64,000 nt of DNA from Macrostomum lignano (GCA_002269645.1 NIVC01000153.1:270703-334702), one strand, 5' to 3'. Shown: positions 12,985-26,470, counted from the first letter of the stretch. The notes: generated by a model from the sequence alone, not told the origin. Numbers and translations: made by a program.

Positions 12985-13109
12985 CAATCTTTCACCCTAC
13001 ATTCCCATCTAACCTTTCTCCCCTTTTCTCAACCCTTCTCCAGCTCACCTTGTAATTCACCCGTTCTTTTCTACTCAACCATTTTCCTTTGCACACAAAT
13101 TTGCTTTCG

Positions 13110-13115
13110 AATAAA
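13110..13115 (+). terminator. Candidate polyadenylation signal of the hydrolase gene
   Basis: First AATAAA after stop 12140, followed by an AT-rich region. Confidence 0.4.
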
Positions 13116-13434
13116 GAAAGTCAACCATTGAGCATGTTTGACCGCGAACGCTAAACATATCAAAATGCGGCTTTCGTTACAAATAAAATCAAATTGAAAT
13201 AACAATTTCTCAATTTGTCAATCTGTTAAACTTGCGCAAAAATTATTCATTTCAACAAAAATAAAATTTTAAACACTCCTTAAAATGAGCAACTGTACTA
13301 ATTCTATTGTCAGTAGTGACCACCGTTTATTGTTTTGTTGAATATTATAAACATGAAAAACGGATTAATGGTAGTTAATTTTTTTCACAAAAAGTTGATA
13401 GGCAAGATAAATTTCCTGTTGAGTTTATGGTAGA

Positions 13435-14312
13435 CATTATCTAGATAAAGATAGGCAGATGTCTAAATCACCTAAAGGTAGTTAGATGTCTATATTACTT
13501 AGATAAATTTAGGTAGACGTCTATTAGTACCTGGATAAAGGTAAATAGATTTTTAAATTACCTAGATAAAGGTAGGTAAATGTCTATATCACCCAGATAA
13601 AGATAGGTAGATGTCTATATCACCTAGATAAAGGTAGGTAAATGTCTATATCACCCAGATAAAGATAGGTAGATGTCTATATCACCTAGATAAAGATAGG
13701 TAGATGTCTATATCACCTAGATAAAGATAGGTAGATGTCTATATCACCCAGATAAAGATAGGTAGATGTCTATATCACCTAGATAAAGATAGGTAGATGT
13801 CTATATCACCCAGATAAAGATAGGTAGATGTCTATATCACCCAGATAAAGATAGGTAGATGTCTATATCACCTAGATAAAGGTAGGTAAATGTCTATATC
13901 ACCCAGATAAAGATAGGTAGATGTCTATATCACCCAGATAAAGATAGGTAGATGTCTATATCACCCAGATAAAGATAGGTAGATGTCTATATCACCTAGA
14001 TAAAGATAGGTAGATGTCTATATCACCTAGATAAAGATAGGTAGATGTCTATATCACCTAGATAAAGATAGGTAGATGTCTATATCACCTAGATAAAGAT
14101 AGGTAGATGTCTATATCACCCAGATAAAGATAGGTAGATGTCTATATCACCCAGATAAAGATAGGTAGATGTCTATATCACCTAGATAAAGATAGGTAGA
14201 TGTCTATATCACCCAGATAAAGATAGGTAGATGTCTATATCACCCAGATAAAGATAGGTAGATGTCTATATCACCTAGATAAAGATAGGTAGATGTCTAT
14301 ATCACATAGATA
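13435..14312. repeat. 31-bp minisatellite, ~25 copies
   Basis: Unit atatcacctagataaagataggtagatgtct; degenerate copies at the left end. Confidence 0.95.
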
Positions 14313-15130
14313 AAAGTAGGTGGTGCATATCTCATTTCAGCTAGCTGTTCTAGGCTATTTGCGAGCCGTAAATATCTTAATTGTGTACCTTAGTATCTAA
14401 CAGAGCAGTAAAAGCACAATTCATCCTACACGATGAGTCACGTGACAATATTTAAAATGCAGCCACCCCTAAAATGCGCGTAAAAAATTAAAACTCTGGC
14501 TTACATCTTGCTATAATCGTTAATTGCCGATGATATTGCTTAATTCTATCATTTTTTAAACAATGCCCGATCAATATAAAAAACGGAGAACTCTGCCTGC
14601 CGGTTGCTTTGGCAATTAGGCTGGATCTGGATCCCTCGCTCTCTAATAAGGTGCGAAAATTGTCACCCTAATGCCTACGGGGTCGGGGGCGGCAGGCAGA
14701 CTGATAGGTGTTAATAGTTGCGTAACTGTTCAGGACCCTCTATATTTCTCAACGTGCTGCGGCTTAAATAACAGCCACGAACTATATCCCTGCTCAAAGC
14801 CTGGCTTTATTGAGAGTAAATTGTTTCAACAATAACAGCACTAAAAGTTATGTTGATTATATTGCACTGTGAATAATATTATATAGCATTCACCTGCGCT
14901 AATTCCCCTCTCTCCCAAACTGATTAGATTAAGATTCGAATGAGAAGTGAGTGAAAATCTGGGAATTAAGCCGCCGGGGCAGTTTCTATCAGCGAGAGCG
15001 CTTGCGAATATTTGTGTCAATAAATACCTGGCGTTCGTAGCTGTTACATAACCTAAATTTACGAGCTAGTGTTCGCGTACCTACTCATGCAGAGCTGTGG
15101 GATTTAGATGTAGAAGGTGCCGGTGCAGAG

Positions 15131-15525
15131 CGGCCTTCCCCGGTGCTGGCGTCCCCTGTGCTGGCGTCCCCGGTGCTGGCGTCCCCTGTGCTGGCGTCCC
15201 CGGTGCTGGCGTGCCCTGTGCTGGCGCCCCCGGCGCACCCTACACACTAAACCGGCGCACCCTACACACTAAACCGGCGCACCCTACACACTAAACCGGC
15301 GCACCCTACACACTAAACCGGCGCACCCTACACACTAAACCGGCGCACCCTACACACTAAACCGGAGCACCCTACACACTAAACCGGAGCACCCTACACA
15401 CTAAACCGGCGCACCCTATACACTAAACCGGCGCACCCTACACACTAAACCGGCGCACCCTACAGTTAACCGGAGCACCCTACACACTAAACCGGAGCAC
15501 CCTACAGTAAACTGGCACACCCTAC
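15131..15525. repeat. Compound array: 15-bp unit followed by 22-bp unit
   Basis: ccccggtgctggcgt, then accggcgcaccctacacactaa. Confidence 0.92.
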
Positions 15526-15612
15526 AGTAAATTGGCGCCACTTCATTAAAATGGCGCTTCTTAAAGTGTTGCCAGTAAGTGGCGCCCGCAAAGACGCGCC
15601 CTCCATAAAAAC

Positions 15613-15627
15613 CCTGGCTACGCCCCT
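15613..15627. mobile_element. Solo hAT-MITE-type TIR
   Basis: ctggctacgcccctg matches the right TIR of the complete MITE at 39972 (ctggttgcgccactg) at 12 of 15 positions. No partner TIR or TSD was found. Confidence 0.45.
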
Positions 15628-15791
15628 GGATAGTAGAGATGCCCAGTAAATAACCAATTACTGTCAGAGCTGTTCTACATGACCCCACATTAATAATTTT
15701 CATGTTTAATGCCTATTGCATAATGTAGAACGCATAAGCATGTCGCCGTACTGTTTAAACATGACACGCGCCACTGGTAAGAAGCTCCCTC

Positions 15792-15824
15792 ATTGGTTGG
15801 CACCCCAAATTAGCCGCAGCCAAT
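15792..15824 (+). promoter_or_regulatory. Paired CCAAT boxes, candidate Iroquois proximal promoter
   Basis: ATTGG at 15792-15796 and CCAAT at 15820-15824, about 170-200 bp upstream of ATG 15990. Confidence 0.35.
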
Positions 15825-15989
15825 CAGCGGCCTGTGAGCTGCCGTCCTATAGCTATTATTCGATGTAAAATTTGCTACTGGCACGTTTAAATTGCTCCAA
15901 TTTTAGCACCTTGGCCACCGTAGACAGTCCGACGCCAATTAAAGCCGCGAAAGCGCTAAAGTTATTTTTAAATATCTAGCAAGCGGAGC

Positions 15990-18900
15990 ATGAGTGACAG
16001 CAACTGGAATAACGGTTTGGCATCTGCTCACGGGTCACTGCGACTGCCGGGTATGCCGATGCCTCCGCCACGACTGCCGACTCAGAACTGGGATTTCCTT
16101 CACCTGTCTGCTGTAACCACCGAGTCTGTTGGTGAGTTGTGCGTGTCTGCTGATAATCTGCTTGCGTGAAGGACCGGGAGTATAGAGTACCGGAGGTAAA
16201 GGACCGGGAGTAGAGAGTACCGGAGGTAAAGGACCGGGAGTAGAGAGCACCGGTGGTAAAGGACCGGGAGTAGAGAGTACCGGAGGTAAAGGACCGGGAG
16301 TAGAGAGCACCGGTGGTAAAGGACCGGGAGTAGAGAGCACCGGTGGTAAAGGACCGGGAGTAGAGAGTACCGGAGGTAAAGGACCGGGAGTAGAGAGCAC
16401 CGGTGGTAAAGGACCGGGAGTAGAGAGTACCGGAGGTAAAGGACTGGGAGTAGAGAGCATCGGTGGTAAAGGACCGGGAGTAGAGAGCATCGGTGGTAAA
16501 GGACCGGGAGTAGAGAGCATCGGTGGTAAAGGACTGGGAGTAGAGAGCATCGGTGGTAAAGGACCGGGAGTAGAGAGCACCGGTGAGGGACCGGGAGAAC
16601 AGAGGACCGAGAATGACGCCCCGGTGCTTCCATTAGCTATCAATTTACCAGCAGATGAGTTAGTCAAACTAGCTATCAATCCATCCACCGACAGCTCAGG
16701 ACTGGTGCCATCTACAGCAGGCGGTGGCAGCCGCAGCAGCCGCAGGTCAGTCAAGCTACAGCGCGATCCCCCGGTTCACCGCGCCGTTAGCAGCTCCCGC
16801 GGATTTGCCGAACTCTTCGACAGCAGCCGCCGCCGCCGCTGCCTCCGCGGCCGCAGCAGCAGCGGCAAGCTACAGCGGGCCGGTGGGCTCCTACCTACAG
16901 CCAAAGAGGAAGAATGCTACCAGAGAGACAACCAGCGTGCTGAAGGCTTGGCTGAACGAGCACAGGAAGAATCCCTATCCGACTAAAGGGGAGAAAGTTA
17001 TGCTGGCTCTAGTGACAGCCATGAGTCTGACACAGGTATGCAGCTCTTCATTGTCTATACCATTTTCTGTATTGAACACAGCCGACTAAAGAGATGCGGC
17101 TGAGAAATCTTGACAATGCTTTTTTATGAAGTTATGGTAAAGCGTTGAAATCAGACACGGTAATCTACACAATCAGACACGGTAGTCTACACAATCGGAC
17201 ACGGTAATCTACACAATCAGACACGGTAATCTACACAATCAGACACGGTAGTCTAGACAATCAGACACGGTAATATACACAATCAGACACGGTAATCTAC
17301 ACAATTAAACACGATAATCTACACAATCAGACACGGTAATCTACACCATCAGACACGGTAATCTACACAATCAGACACGGTAATATACACAATCAGACAC
17401 GGTAATCTACACAATCGGACACGGTAATCTACACAATCAGACACGGTAATCTACACAATCAGACACGGTAATATACACAATCAGACACGTTAATCTACAC
17501 AATCAGACACGGTAATCTACACAATCAGACACGGTAATCTACACAATCAGACACGGTAATCTACACAATCAGACACGGTAATCTGGATAATCAGACACGG
17601 TAATCTACACAATCAGACACGGTAATCTACACAATCAGACACGGTAATATACACAATCAGACACGGTAATCTACACAATCAGACACGGTAATCTACACAA
17701 TCAGACACGGTAATCTACACAATCAGACACGGTAATCTACACAATCAGACACGGTAATCTACACAATCAGACACGGTAATCTACACAATCAGACACGGTA
17801 ATCTACACAATCAGACACGGTAATCTGGACAATCAGACACGGTAATCTACACAATCAGACACGGTAATCTACACAATCGGACACGGTAATCTACACAATC
17901 AGACACGGTAATCTACACAATCAGACACGGTAATCTACACAATCAGACACGGTAATCTACACAATCAGACACGGTAATCTACACAATCAGACACGGTAGT
18001 AGATAGCTGTGTTGATGCTGTGTGGAGTGATTTGAGCGCACAACATCAGGCCCAACGCTACGGTGCGGTCATGAGCAAAGCCGTGAGAGCGCATTATTTA
18101 GCCAATCTCCTAAAAATAAAAAAACGTCAGCTGAATTGCTTGCGCTGAATTCGGGCGGCAGTTACATCACGACGCGGAAGAATACTCTGGAATAAAGCAA
18201 AAATGCACACCGCCATTATGTTCACGAGGCAGCTGGGGAGGCAGCTGTCACGGCTCGTCAGTCGATACCCCGGAACCATCACTTTCGGATTTTAGCTGCG
18301 TTAAACACTGGCACCATGGGGCGTCGCACACTTCTCAATTCCGCTGTTCCGCTTTGTCGCTCAGGGGCCGTTGAAAATACCGCTTATGGACGGATAGCAT
18401 TAATGCATCAACACAGCGAAACGGATCACTTTTTTATCCCAAGCGTTTCAACAACTGCTGCAGATGCAGCGGAGTAGCGCTCAAAACATTCTTTCGGGAT
18501 GTCTGCGGCAGCTGATAGATTTATGAATATATATTTTCAAGCTTTTATTAGTTTTAGGCTGTTTGAATGCATCCACGAGTTGCGATGTGGGATCTGAAAT
18601 AAAGCCATTTTTAGATGCCAAACACAATTGGATAAGTAGCGCCAACAACACTGTTATCAGTGGCGCCAACAACACTGTTATCAGTGGCGCCAAACACACT
18701 GTTATCAGTAGCGCCAACAACACTGTTATCAGTGGCGCCAAACACACTGTTATCAGTGGCGCCAAACACACTGTTATCAGTGGCGCCAAACACACTGTTA
18801 TCAGTGGCGCCAACAACACTGCTATCAGTGGCGCAAAACACACTGTTATCAGTGGCGCCAAACACACTGTTATCAGTGGCGCCAAACACACTGTTATCAG

Positions 18901-19962
18901 TGGCGCCAAACACACTGCTATCAGTGGCGCCAAACACACTGTTATCAGTGGCGCCAAACACACTGTTATCAGTGGCGCCAAACACACTGTTATCAGTGGC
19001 GCCAAACACACTGTTATCAGTGGCGCCAACAACACTGTTATCAGTGGCGCAACAACACTGTTATCAGTGTCGCAAAACACACTGTTATCAGTGGCGCCAA
19101 ACACACTGTTATCAGTGGCTCCAAACACACTGTTATCAGTGGCGCCAAACACACTGTTATCAGTGGCGCCAAACACACTGTTATCAGTGTCGCAAAACAC
19201 ACTGTTATCAGTGGCGCCAAACACACTGGGATCGGTGGCGCCAAACACACTGTTATCAGTGGCGCCAAACACACTGTTATCAGTGGCGCCAAACACACTG
19301 TTATCAGTGGCGCCAAACACACTGAGATCGGTGGCGCCAAAGACACTGGGATCGGTGGCGCCAAACACACTGGGATCGGTGGCGCCAAACACACTGGGAT
19401 CGGTGGCGCCAAACACACTGGGATGAGACGAAGATCGAGTTGACATCACAAAACATTGAATCCCTCTGATCCCCTCACCAACATCCCGCAGGTGTCCACC
19501 TGGTTCGCGAACGCTCGTCGCCGACTGAAGAAGGAGAATCGCATGACTTGGACGCCAAGGGCCGGCTCTCACGATGCTGGCGATGACGAGGATGATGAAG
19601 ATCCGGAAGACAGCGAGGCTTGTGAAGACCAGGAAGCTGCACCAGGCAGAGCAGAAGCCGGTTCTCAGTCGATAAAATCTCACTTCAACGAGCGCCATCT
19701 CCTCCTAGACGAAGACGAGGCCGACAATTGCGATGAGATTCAGGCGAAACGACGGAGGCTTGAAGAGGTGCCGCCGCCGCTGCCGCAGAAGCCTCGCATT
19801 TGGTCCATCGTGGAGACGCTCAACCGCGCTGATCCGCCGAAGCCTCCGGTGCCGCTGATGCCTGCGCCACCACCACCGCAGCAGCAGCAGCAGCTTCAAC
19901 ACCAGATGCTGTGGAATTTCCATGGCCAATGTTCACCAGCCGCGTTCTCCTCCTATTCGTGA
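15990..19962 (+). CDS. irx: Iroquois-class TALE homeobox transcription factor, ~317 aa. Exons 15990-16131, 16695-17035, 19492-19962.
   Basis: Homeodomain [44 protein letters not shown]|[16 protein letters not shown], then an acidic tract and the Iro-box [12 protein letters not shown]. The phase-0 intron cag|gtatgc..ccgcag|gtg is clear. Exon 1 (donor g|gtgagt, phase 1 into gacag|ct) is less certain. Confidence 0.93.
16171..16598. repeat. 30-bp minisatellite in irx intron 1, ~14 copies
   Basis: Unit ggaccgggagtagagagcaccggtggtaaa. Confidence 0.95.
17148..17998. repeat. 22-bp minisatellite in irx intron 2, ~38 copies
   Basis: Unit aatcagacacggtaatctacac. Confidence 0.96.
18640..19423. repeat. 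24-bp minisatellite in irx intron 2, ~32 copies
   Basis: Unit cactgttatcagtggcgccaaaca. Confidence 0.96.
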
Positions 19963-20246
19963 GAGTCTGCAGAATCGATGAACTTATTTTTATTATAATA
20001 TAAAAACTGCAAATTGAGGACGCTCTGCATGCCAGAGCTCACACTGGTATAGTCAGTTAACTTTAATAGATACCCTAACGGTAAATTGCTAATCTGTTAT
20101 AATTGTAATTAAATTGAACTCACCGAAAACTGTCTCTACTCTTACTATATGAACATTTGAGCACTGTCCGCTTCTTGCTGTTGATGCGTGCGAGTTGCAG
20201 GGTACCTTTTTTAGCGATGCAAATCACTTTACTGTGTATTGTGATT

Positions 20247-21260
20247 CTCATCTCATCTCTGCTTCCATCTCTTGTCTATCATGTCTCATCTCTGTTTCCA
20301 TCTCTTGTCTATTATGTCTCATCTCTGTCTCTATCTCTTGTCTATTATGTCTCATCTCTGTCTCTATCTCTTGTCTACTATGTCTCATCTCTGTCTCTAT
20401 CTCTTGTCTATTATGTCTCATCTCTGTCTCTATCTCTTGTCTATTATGTCTCATCTCTGTCTCTATCTCTTGTCTATTATGTCTCATCTCTGTCTCTATC
20501 TCTTGTCTATTATGTCTCATCTCTGTTTCCATCTCTTGTCTATTATGTCTCATCTCTGTTTCTATCTATTTTCTATCATGTCTCATCTCTGTTTCCATCT
20601 CTTGTCTACTATGTCTCATCTCTGTTTCCATCTATTTTCTATCATGTCTCATCTTTGTTTCCATCTATTTTCTATCATGTCTCATCTCTGTTTCTATCTA
20701 TTTTCTATCATGTCTCATCTCTGTTTCTATCTATTTTCTATCATGTCTCATCTCTGTTTCTATCTATTTTCTATCATGTCTCATCTCTGTTTCCATCTAT
20801 TTTCTATCATGTCTCATCTCTGTTTCTATCTATTTTCTATCATGTCTCATCTCTGTTTCTATCTATTTTCTATCATGTCTCATCTCTGTTTCTATCTATT
20901 TTCTATCATGTCTCATCTCTGTTTCTATCTATTTTCTATCATGTCTCATCTCTGTTTCTATCTATTTTCTATCATGTCTCATCTCTGTTTCTATCTATTT
21001 TCTATCATGTCTCATCTCTGTTTCTATCTATTTTCTATCATGTCTCATCTCTGTTTCTATCTATTTTCTATCATGTCTCATCTCTGTTTCTATCTATTTT
21101 CTATCATGTCTCATCTCTGTTTCCATCTCTTGTCTATCATGTCTCATCTCTGTTTCCATCTCTTGTCTATCATGTCTCATCTCTGTTTCCATCTCTTGTC
21201 TATCATGTCTCATCTCTGTTTCCATCTCTTGTCTATTTTGTCTCATCTCTCTGTTTCTAT
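20247..21260. repeat. 33-bp pyrimidine-rich minisatellite, ~30 copies
   Basis: Unit catgtctcatctctgtttctatctattttctat; gives 11-aa periodic pseudo-ORFs. Confidence 0.96.
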
Positions 21261-22271
21261 TTCTCTCTTTTCTCACCCCTTCTTTCTCATGTCCACCTCT
21301 CTCCCCTCTATCCCCCTCCTCTCTAATAATTTCTAGGCCACTCCTGCTTGTTTTGCTAAAAAAATTGCCTTTCCCCTTAAAGCAAAATGAAGCCCGAAAA
21401 TTATATGAAAAAAAGTTTAACCTTTTAGTCTGTACAATTTTAGCCATTTTTTATTTGTCCCGCTGATTTTTATTGAAAATTCGATGAATTCTCGGCTCTG
21501 ATTAACAAATTAATAAACATCTAAACTCAAACAGTTGCTTTTGTTGCCGTTTTGCTGAATAAAAAAATTTGTTTATTTAATCAGCAAATGCTAAACTAGA
21601 TGAAGTTTTTTTACATTTATTTGGAACAGAAATCGATCGTTGGGTTTCACCAGCCATTTTAACGTTTTCGTAACGCCTGATAAAAAGTAGTCTGATTTAC
21701 GATCGTTACGTAAGAAAGGAGGGAGAGGACAGAGAAGTGAGAAGATTGGAGATGGGAGAGAGCAGAGGAGACAGAGCAGAGTTAAGAAAAGTAGTTAATG
21801 TGCAATTGCTCATTATCTTGATAGTAATTAAAATTTCCTGAGCCAGTTGAGTCAAGCATTTCTCTTGCAGGTTTGACAGCAGTCCTCAGTCGCAAGGTGG
21901 GCGGTACAGTTCATTTGACTAGTAAAACAATCTCAACAGCTTAACATATTAAACTCTTCCATTTGATTCCTTTGAAACAACAAAATTCCAACGATGTGAG
22001 GCTTTTTGACAGCTGTTTGACAGACGATGCTGACACGCTGTCTTTACGAGACCCGAGCCCAGAGCCTGAAAATTTGTGCTATTTTTAACCCTTTGAACAG
22101 CGAGTTACTCAAATCTTTCTTGCAGGCAGGCAGCTCTAAACACAATAGGAAAATTAAAGCTAGCAGCGGTTAAACACCCGCTGTCAGTCAGTTACCAGCT
22201 CATATATTGCGCAGCGGCTAAACAAGATGCCTGTGGCTGCGTTGAATGACAATACAGGCTCTGAAAGTTGG

Positions 22272-24830
22272 CAGAAATGTCAGATAGACAGACAATCGGC
22301 AGAAATGTCAGATAGACAATCGGCAGAAATGTCAGATAGAGTCGCAGCAATGTCAGACAGAGTCGCAGCAATGTCAGATAGACAATATGCAGAAATGTCA
22401 GATAGACAATCGGCAGAAATGTCAGATAGACAATCGGCAGCAATGTCAGACAAAGTCGCAGCAATGTCAGATAGAATCGCAGCAATGTCAGATAGACAAT
22501 ATGCAGAAATGTCAGATAGACAATCGGCAGAAATGTCAGATAGAGTCGCAGCAATGTCAGATAGAGTCGCAGCAATGTCAGACAGAGTCGCAGCAATGTA
22601 AGATAGAATCGCAGCAATGTCAGACAGAGTTGGGCAATGTCAGATAGAATCGCAGCAATGTCAGACAGAGTTGGGCAATGTCAGATAGAATCGCAGCAAT
22701 GTCAGACAGAGTCGCAGCAATGTCAGATAGAATCGCAGCAATGTCAGATAGACAATATGCAGAAATGTCAGATAGACAATCGGCAGAAATGTCAGATAGA
22801 GTCGCAGCAATGTCAGATAGAGTCGCAGCAATGTCAGACAGAGTCGCAGCAATGTAAGATAGAATCGCAGCAATGTCAGACAGAGTTGGGCAATGTCAGA
22901 TAGAATCGCAGCAATGTCAGACAGAGTCGCAGCAATGTCAGAGAGAATCGCAGCAATGTCAGACAGAGTCGCAGCAATGTCAGACAGAGTCGCAGCAATG
23001 TCAGATAGAGTCGCAGCAATGTCAGACAGAGTCGCAGCAATGTCAGATAGAGTCGCAGCAATGTAAGATAGAGTCGCAGCAATGTCAGATAGAATCGCAG
23101 CAATGTCAGATAGAATCGCAGCAATGTCAGACAGAGTCGCAGCAATGTCAGACAGAGTCGCAGCAATGTCAGACAGAGTCGCAGCAATGTAAGATAGAAT
23201 CGCAGCAATGTCAGACAGAGTCGCAGCAATGTCAGATAGAGTCGCAGCAATGTCAGATAGACAATATGCAGAAATGTCAGATAGACAATCGGCAGAAATG
23301 TCAGATAGAGTCGCAGCAATGTCAGATAGAGTCGCAGCAATGTCAGATAGACAATATGCAGAAATGTCAGATAGACAATCGGCAGAAATGTCAGATAGAG
23401 TCGCAGCAATGTCAGATAGAGTCGCAGCAATGTCAGACAGAGTCGCAGCAATGTAAGATAGAATCGCAGCAATGTCAGACAGAGTTGGGCAATGTCAGAT
23501 AGAATCGCAGCAATGTCAGACAGAGTCGCAGCAATGTCAGAGAGAATCGCAGCAATGTCAGACAGAGTCGCAGCAATGTCAGACAGAGTCGCAGCAATGT
23601 CAGATAGAGTCGCAGCAATGTCAGACAGAGTCGCAGCAATGTCAGATAGAGTCGCAGCAATGTAAGATAGAGTCGCAGCAATGTCAGATAGAATCGCAGC
23701 AATGTCAGATAGAATCGCAGCAATGTCAGACAGAGTCGCAGCAATGTCAGACAGAGTCGCAGCAATGTCAGACAGAGTCGCAGCAATGTAAGATAGAATC
23801 GCAGCAATGTCAGACAGAGTCGCAGCAATGTCAGATAGAGTCGCAGCAATGTCAGATAGACAATATGCAGAAATGTCAGATAGACAATCGGCAGAAATGT
23901 CAGATAGAGTCGCAGCAATGTCAGATAGAGTCGCAGCAATGTCAGACAGAGTCGCAGCAATGTAAGATAGAATCGCAGCAATGTCAGACAGAGTTGGGCA
24001 ATGTCAGACAGAGTCGCAGCAATGTAAGATAGAATCGCAGCAATGTCAGACAGAGTTGGGCAATGTCAGATAGAATCGCAGCAATGTCAGACAGAGTCGC
24101 AGCAATGTCAGAGAGAATCGCAGCAATGTCAGACAGAGTCGCAGCAATGTCAGACAGAGTCGCAGCAATGTCAGATAGAGTCGCAGCAATGTCAGACAGA
24201 GTCGCAGCAATGTCAGATAGAGTCGCAGCAATGTCAGATAGAGTCGCAGCAATGTCAGATAGAATCGCAGCAATGTCAGACAGAGTCGCAGCAATGTCAG
24301 ACAGAGTCGCAGCAATGTCAGACAGAGTCGCAGCAATGTAAGATAGAATCGCAGCAATGTCAGACAGAGTCGCAGCAATGTCAGATAGAGTCGCAGCAAT
24401 GTCAGATAGAGTCGCAGCAATGTAAGATAGAGTCGCAGCAATGTAAGATAGAGTCGCAGCAATGTCAGACAGAATCGCAGCAATGTCAGATAGAGTCGCA
24501 GCAATGTCAGACAGAGTCGCAGCAATGTCAGACAGAGTCGCAGCAATGTAAGATAGAATCGCAGCAATGTCAGACAGAGTCGCAGCAATGTCAGATAGAA
24601 TCGCAGCAATGTCAGACAGAGTCGCAGCAATGTCAGACAGAGTCGCAGCAATGTCAGATAGAGTCGCAGCAATGTCAGATAGAATCGCAGCAATGTAAGA
24701 CAGAATCGCAGCAATGTCAGACAGAGTCGCAGCAATGTAAGATAGAGTCGCAGCAATGTCAGATAGAGTCGCAGCAATGTCAGATAGAGTCGCAGCAATG
24801 TCAGATAGAGTCGCAGCAATGTCAGATAGA
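22272..24830. repeat. 21-bp minisatellite, ~120 copies, with higher-order structure
   Basis: Unit gcaatgtcagatagagtcgca; the pseudo-ORFs starting at 22873, 23472 and 24043 begin identically. Confidence 0.97.
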
Positions 24831-26016
24831 TAGATGCAGACTAAGCAGACACGCTAATGGCATGCATGCAGGAGGCCAAAAAGTTCATACAGTAAGTGGA
24901 AGAGTGAACAGCAAAAGTCAGTCGGGAGCTCCTGGCTAAGCAAGCATCAACAATGCCCTGACTCCAAATTCGTATATAATAATACAAAATGTATCAAATT
25001 CGCCCCGCATGACAACTCGGCAGCACAGTCAGCAGAGTTGCCGCTGCAATCAGGCACAGTTTCTATGGCGGGAGAGTCTGATACTTAAGCAGAGTTTGCA
25101 CGGGCGGTGTGCCTGTTTATTTGCTTTTGTGCGAGTTACAGAATTGTTCCGAGCTGCTTCGAGCTTGTCTAGCAGCTTGCTGCTACTATTCGGTGTAAAG
25201 CATGCATGAAGCAACTATCGACAGAAGCCCGCGAGTCTGAAGCCTGAGAGACAACATCATGGCGGCAAGTGCTAACGATCTGTGCCTCTTCAACTGGGTC
25301 TCACAAGGGGCCGCCTCAGAAACAATTTTTCTTATTTTTTCTTTCTTCACCTTCTGCTTCATTCTTTCTGGCTAGTCAAGGAGTTCTAGCTTAAAATTAG
25401 GACATTCAATTATTTTTCTGATGGAAGAAACTCCATTCCAGATCATGTTTCATTTAACCTGCCTGCCTAGCGATAATTGCTGGGCTCTGTAGGTGCGACT
25501 AAGACTTGTTAATGATTCGGTCAAACGTATTTGAAGGTGTTTGACAAGACGTAATTAACAGAGTCCGTCTACAATGCAGTGCAGATCGCTAAACTGCGGA
25601 GAGCGGAGAGGCTTCTGTCGTGTTCTCTTGACCAACCCCCTTTTTACAGCTTAGTTAAGATTTTTACCTGCTGGAGATGCAATTAAAAATAGTAATATTA
25701 TGTGAATAAAAAATGACGAAAATAGTGCATTGATTCTTATTGGCCCGTCTTAGTTTAGTTTAGTTTAAATATGCTGGATTGGATTCTATACTACCTAGAT
25801 GTGCCACTCCATCATTCCGTAATATAGCTTTTTGCAGCCCATTTGGGCTCACGCGCATTGAATTTAATCCAAGATATGTTTGTCAAAGTAATGGAGCTTT
25901 TGTCTATGGTAGCAAGGCTGGCACAGCGGCATTTAATTTAGTCCAACAAGCATCAATTTGGTCCATTTAGTCCATTTGCAGCTCAGTCCCAGAATTGTGG
26001 ACCATATGCTAGGCTG

Positions 26017-26470
26017 TTGAACGAATGTCATTGGCTTGTGATCGAAGCACTCGACGGAGGTGAACACCCAAAGGACATTGCAAGGTTGCTGAATGTAAAA
26101 GAAAAGGTGGTTTACAGCATCCAGCAGCGCCTTGAAACTCTGCCGGCAGAGATTGCCTGCGAAAGGGTGGCAATCGCCAAGGAAAGTTGCTCGAGAGCCT
26201 CAGGTCCAACTGCTACTCGATGCAGTGGAGACGAACCCTTTGTTGACGTTGCAGAAATGCAGCAGAAGTTGAGGGGAGGGAACAGCTCCAGTTGGTTATC
26301 AGATTTTAACTATCAGCAGAGCTCTGGAAAAGCAACTGAAAATTGCTGGTAGAGACGCTGACATTCCAGCGGTGCACAACAACCTGCAGACGGTTGAGAG
26401 AAGGCAAGAGTTTGTCCAATGGCTCACGAGTGTTTGGACCAAATTGATGCTTGTTGGACCAAATTAAATG
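26017..26470 (+). pseudogene. Possible degenerate Tc1/mariner-like transposase fragment
   Basis: N-terminal HTH-like VIEALDGGEHPKDIARLLNVKEKVVYSIQQRL and, in another frame downstream, VERRQEFVQWL, reminiscent of the RxxFCxW segment before the DDE domain. No catalytic triad or TIRs were seen. Confidence 0.35.

Noticed and set aside
12021-13131. Long MQGWE / HPCIS / GDAGM repeat ORFs
   Set aside because: Three frames of a 15-bp array after a real stop codon; not collagen or a structural protein.
18481-19698. Several 130-405-aa repeat ORFs on both strands
   Set aside because: They come from the 24-bp array in irx intron 2; only 19492-19962 on the plus strand is coding.
20157-24939. Cys/Gln-rich or hydrophobic repeat proteins (QCQIESQ, HVSSLFLSIFY)
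   Set aside because: Open in several frames on both strands with variants not biased to synonymous sites; satellite translations.
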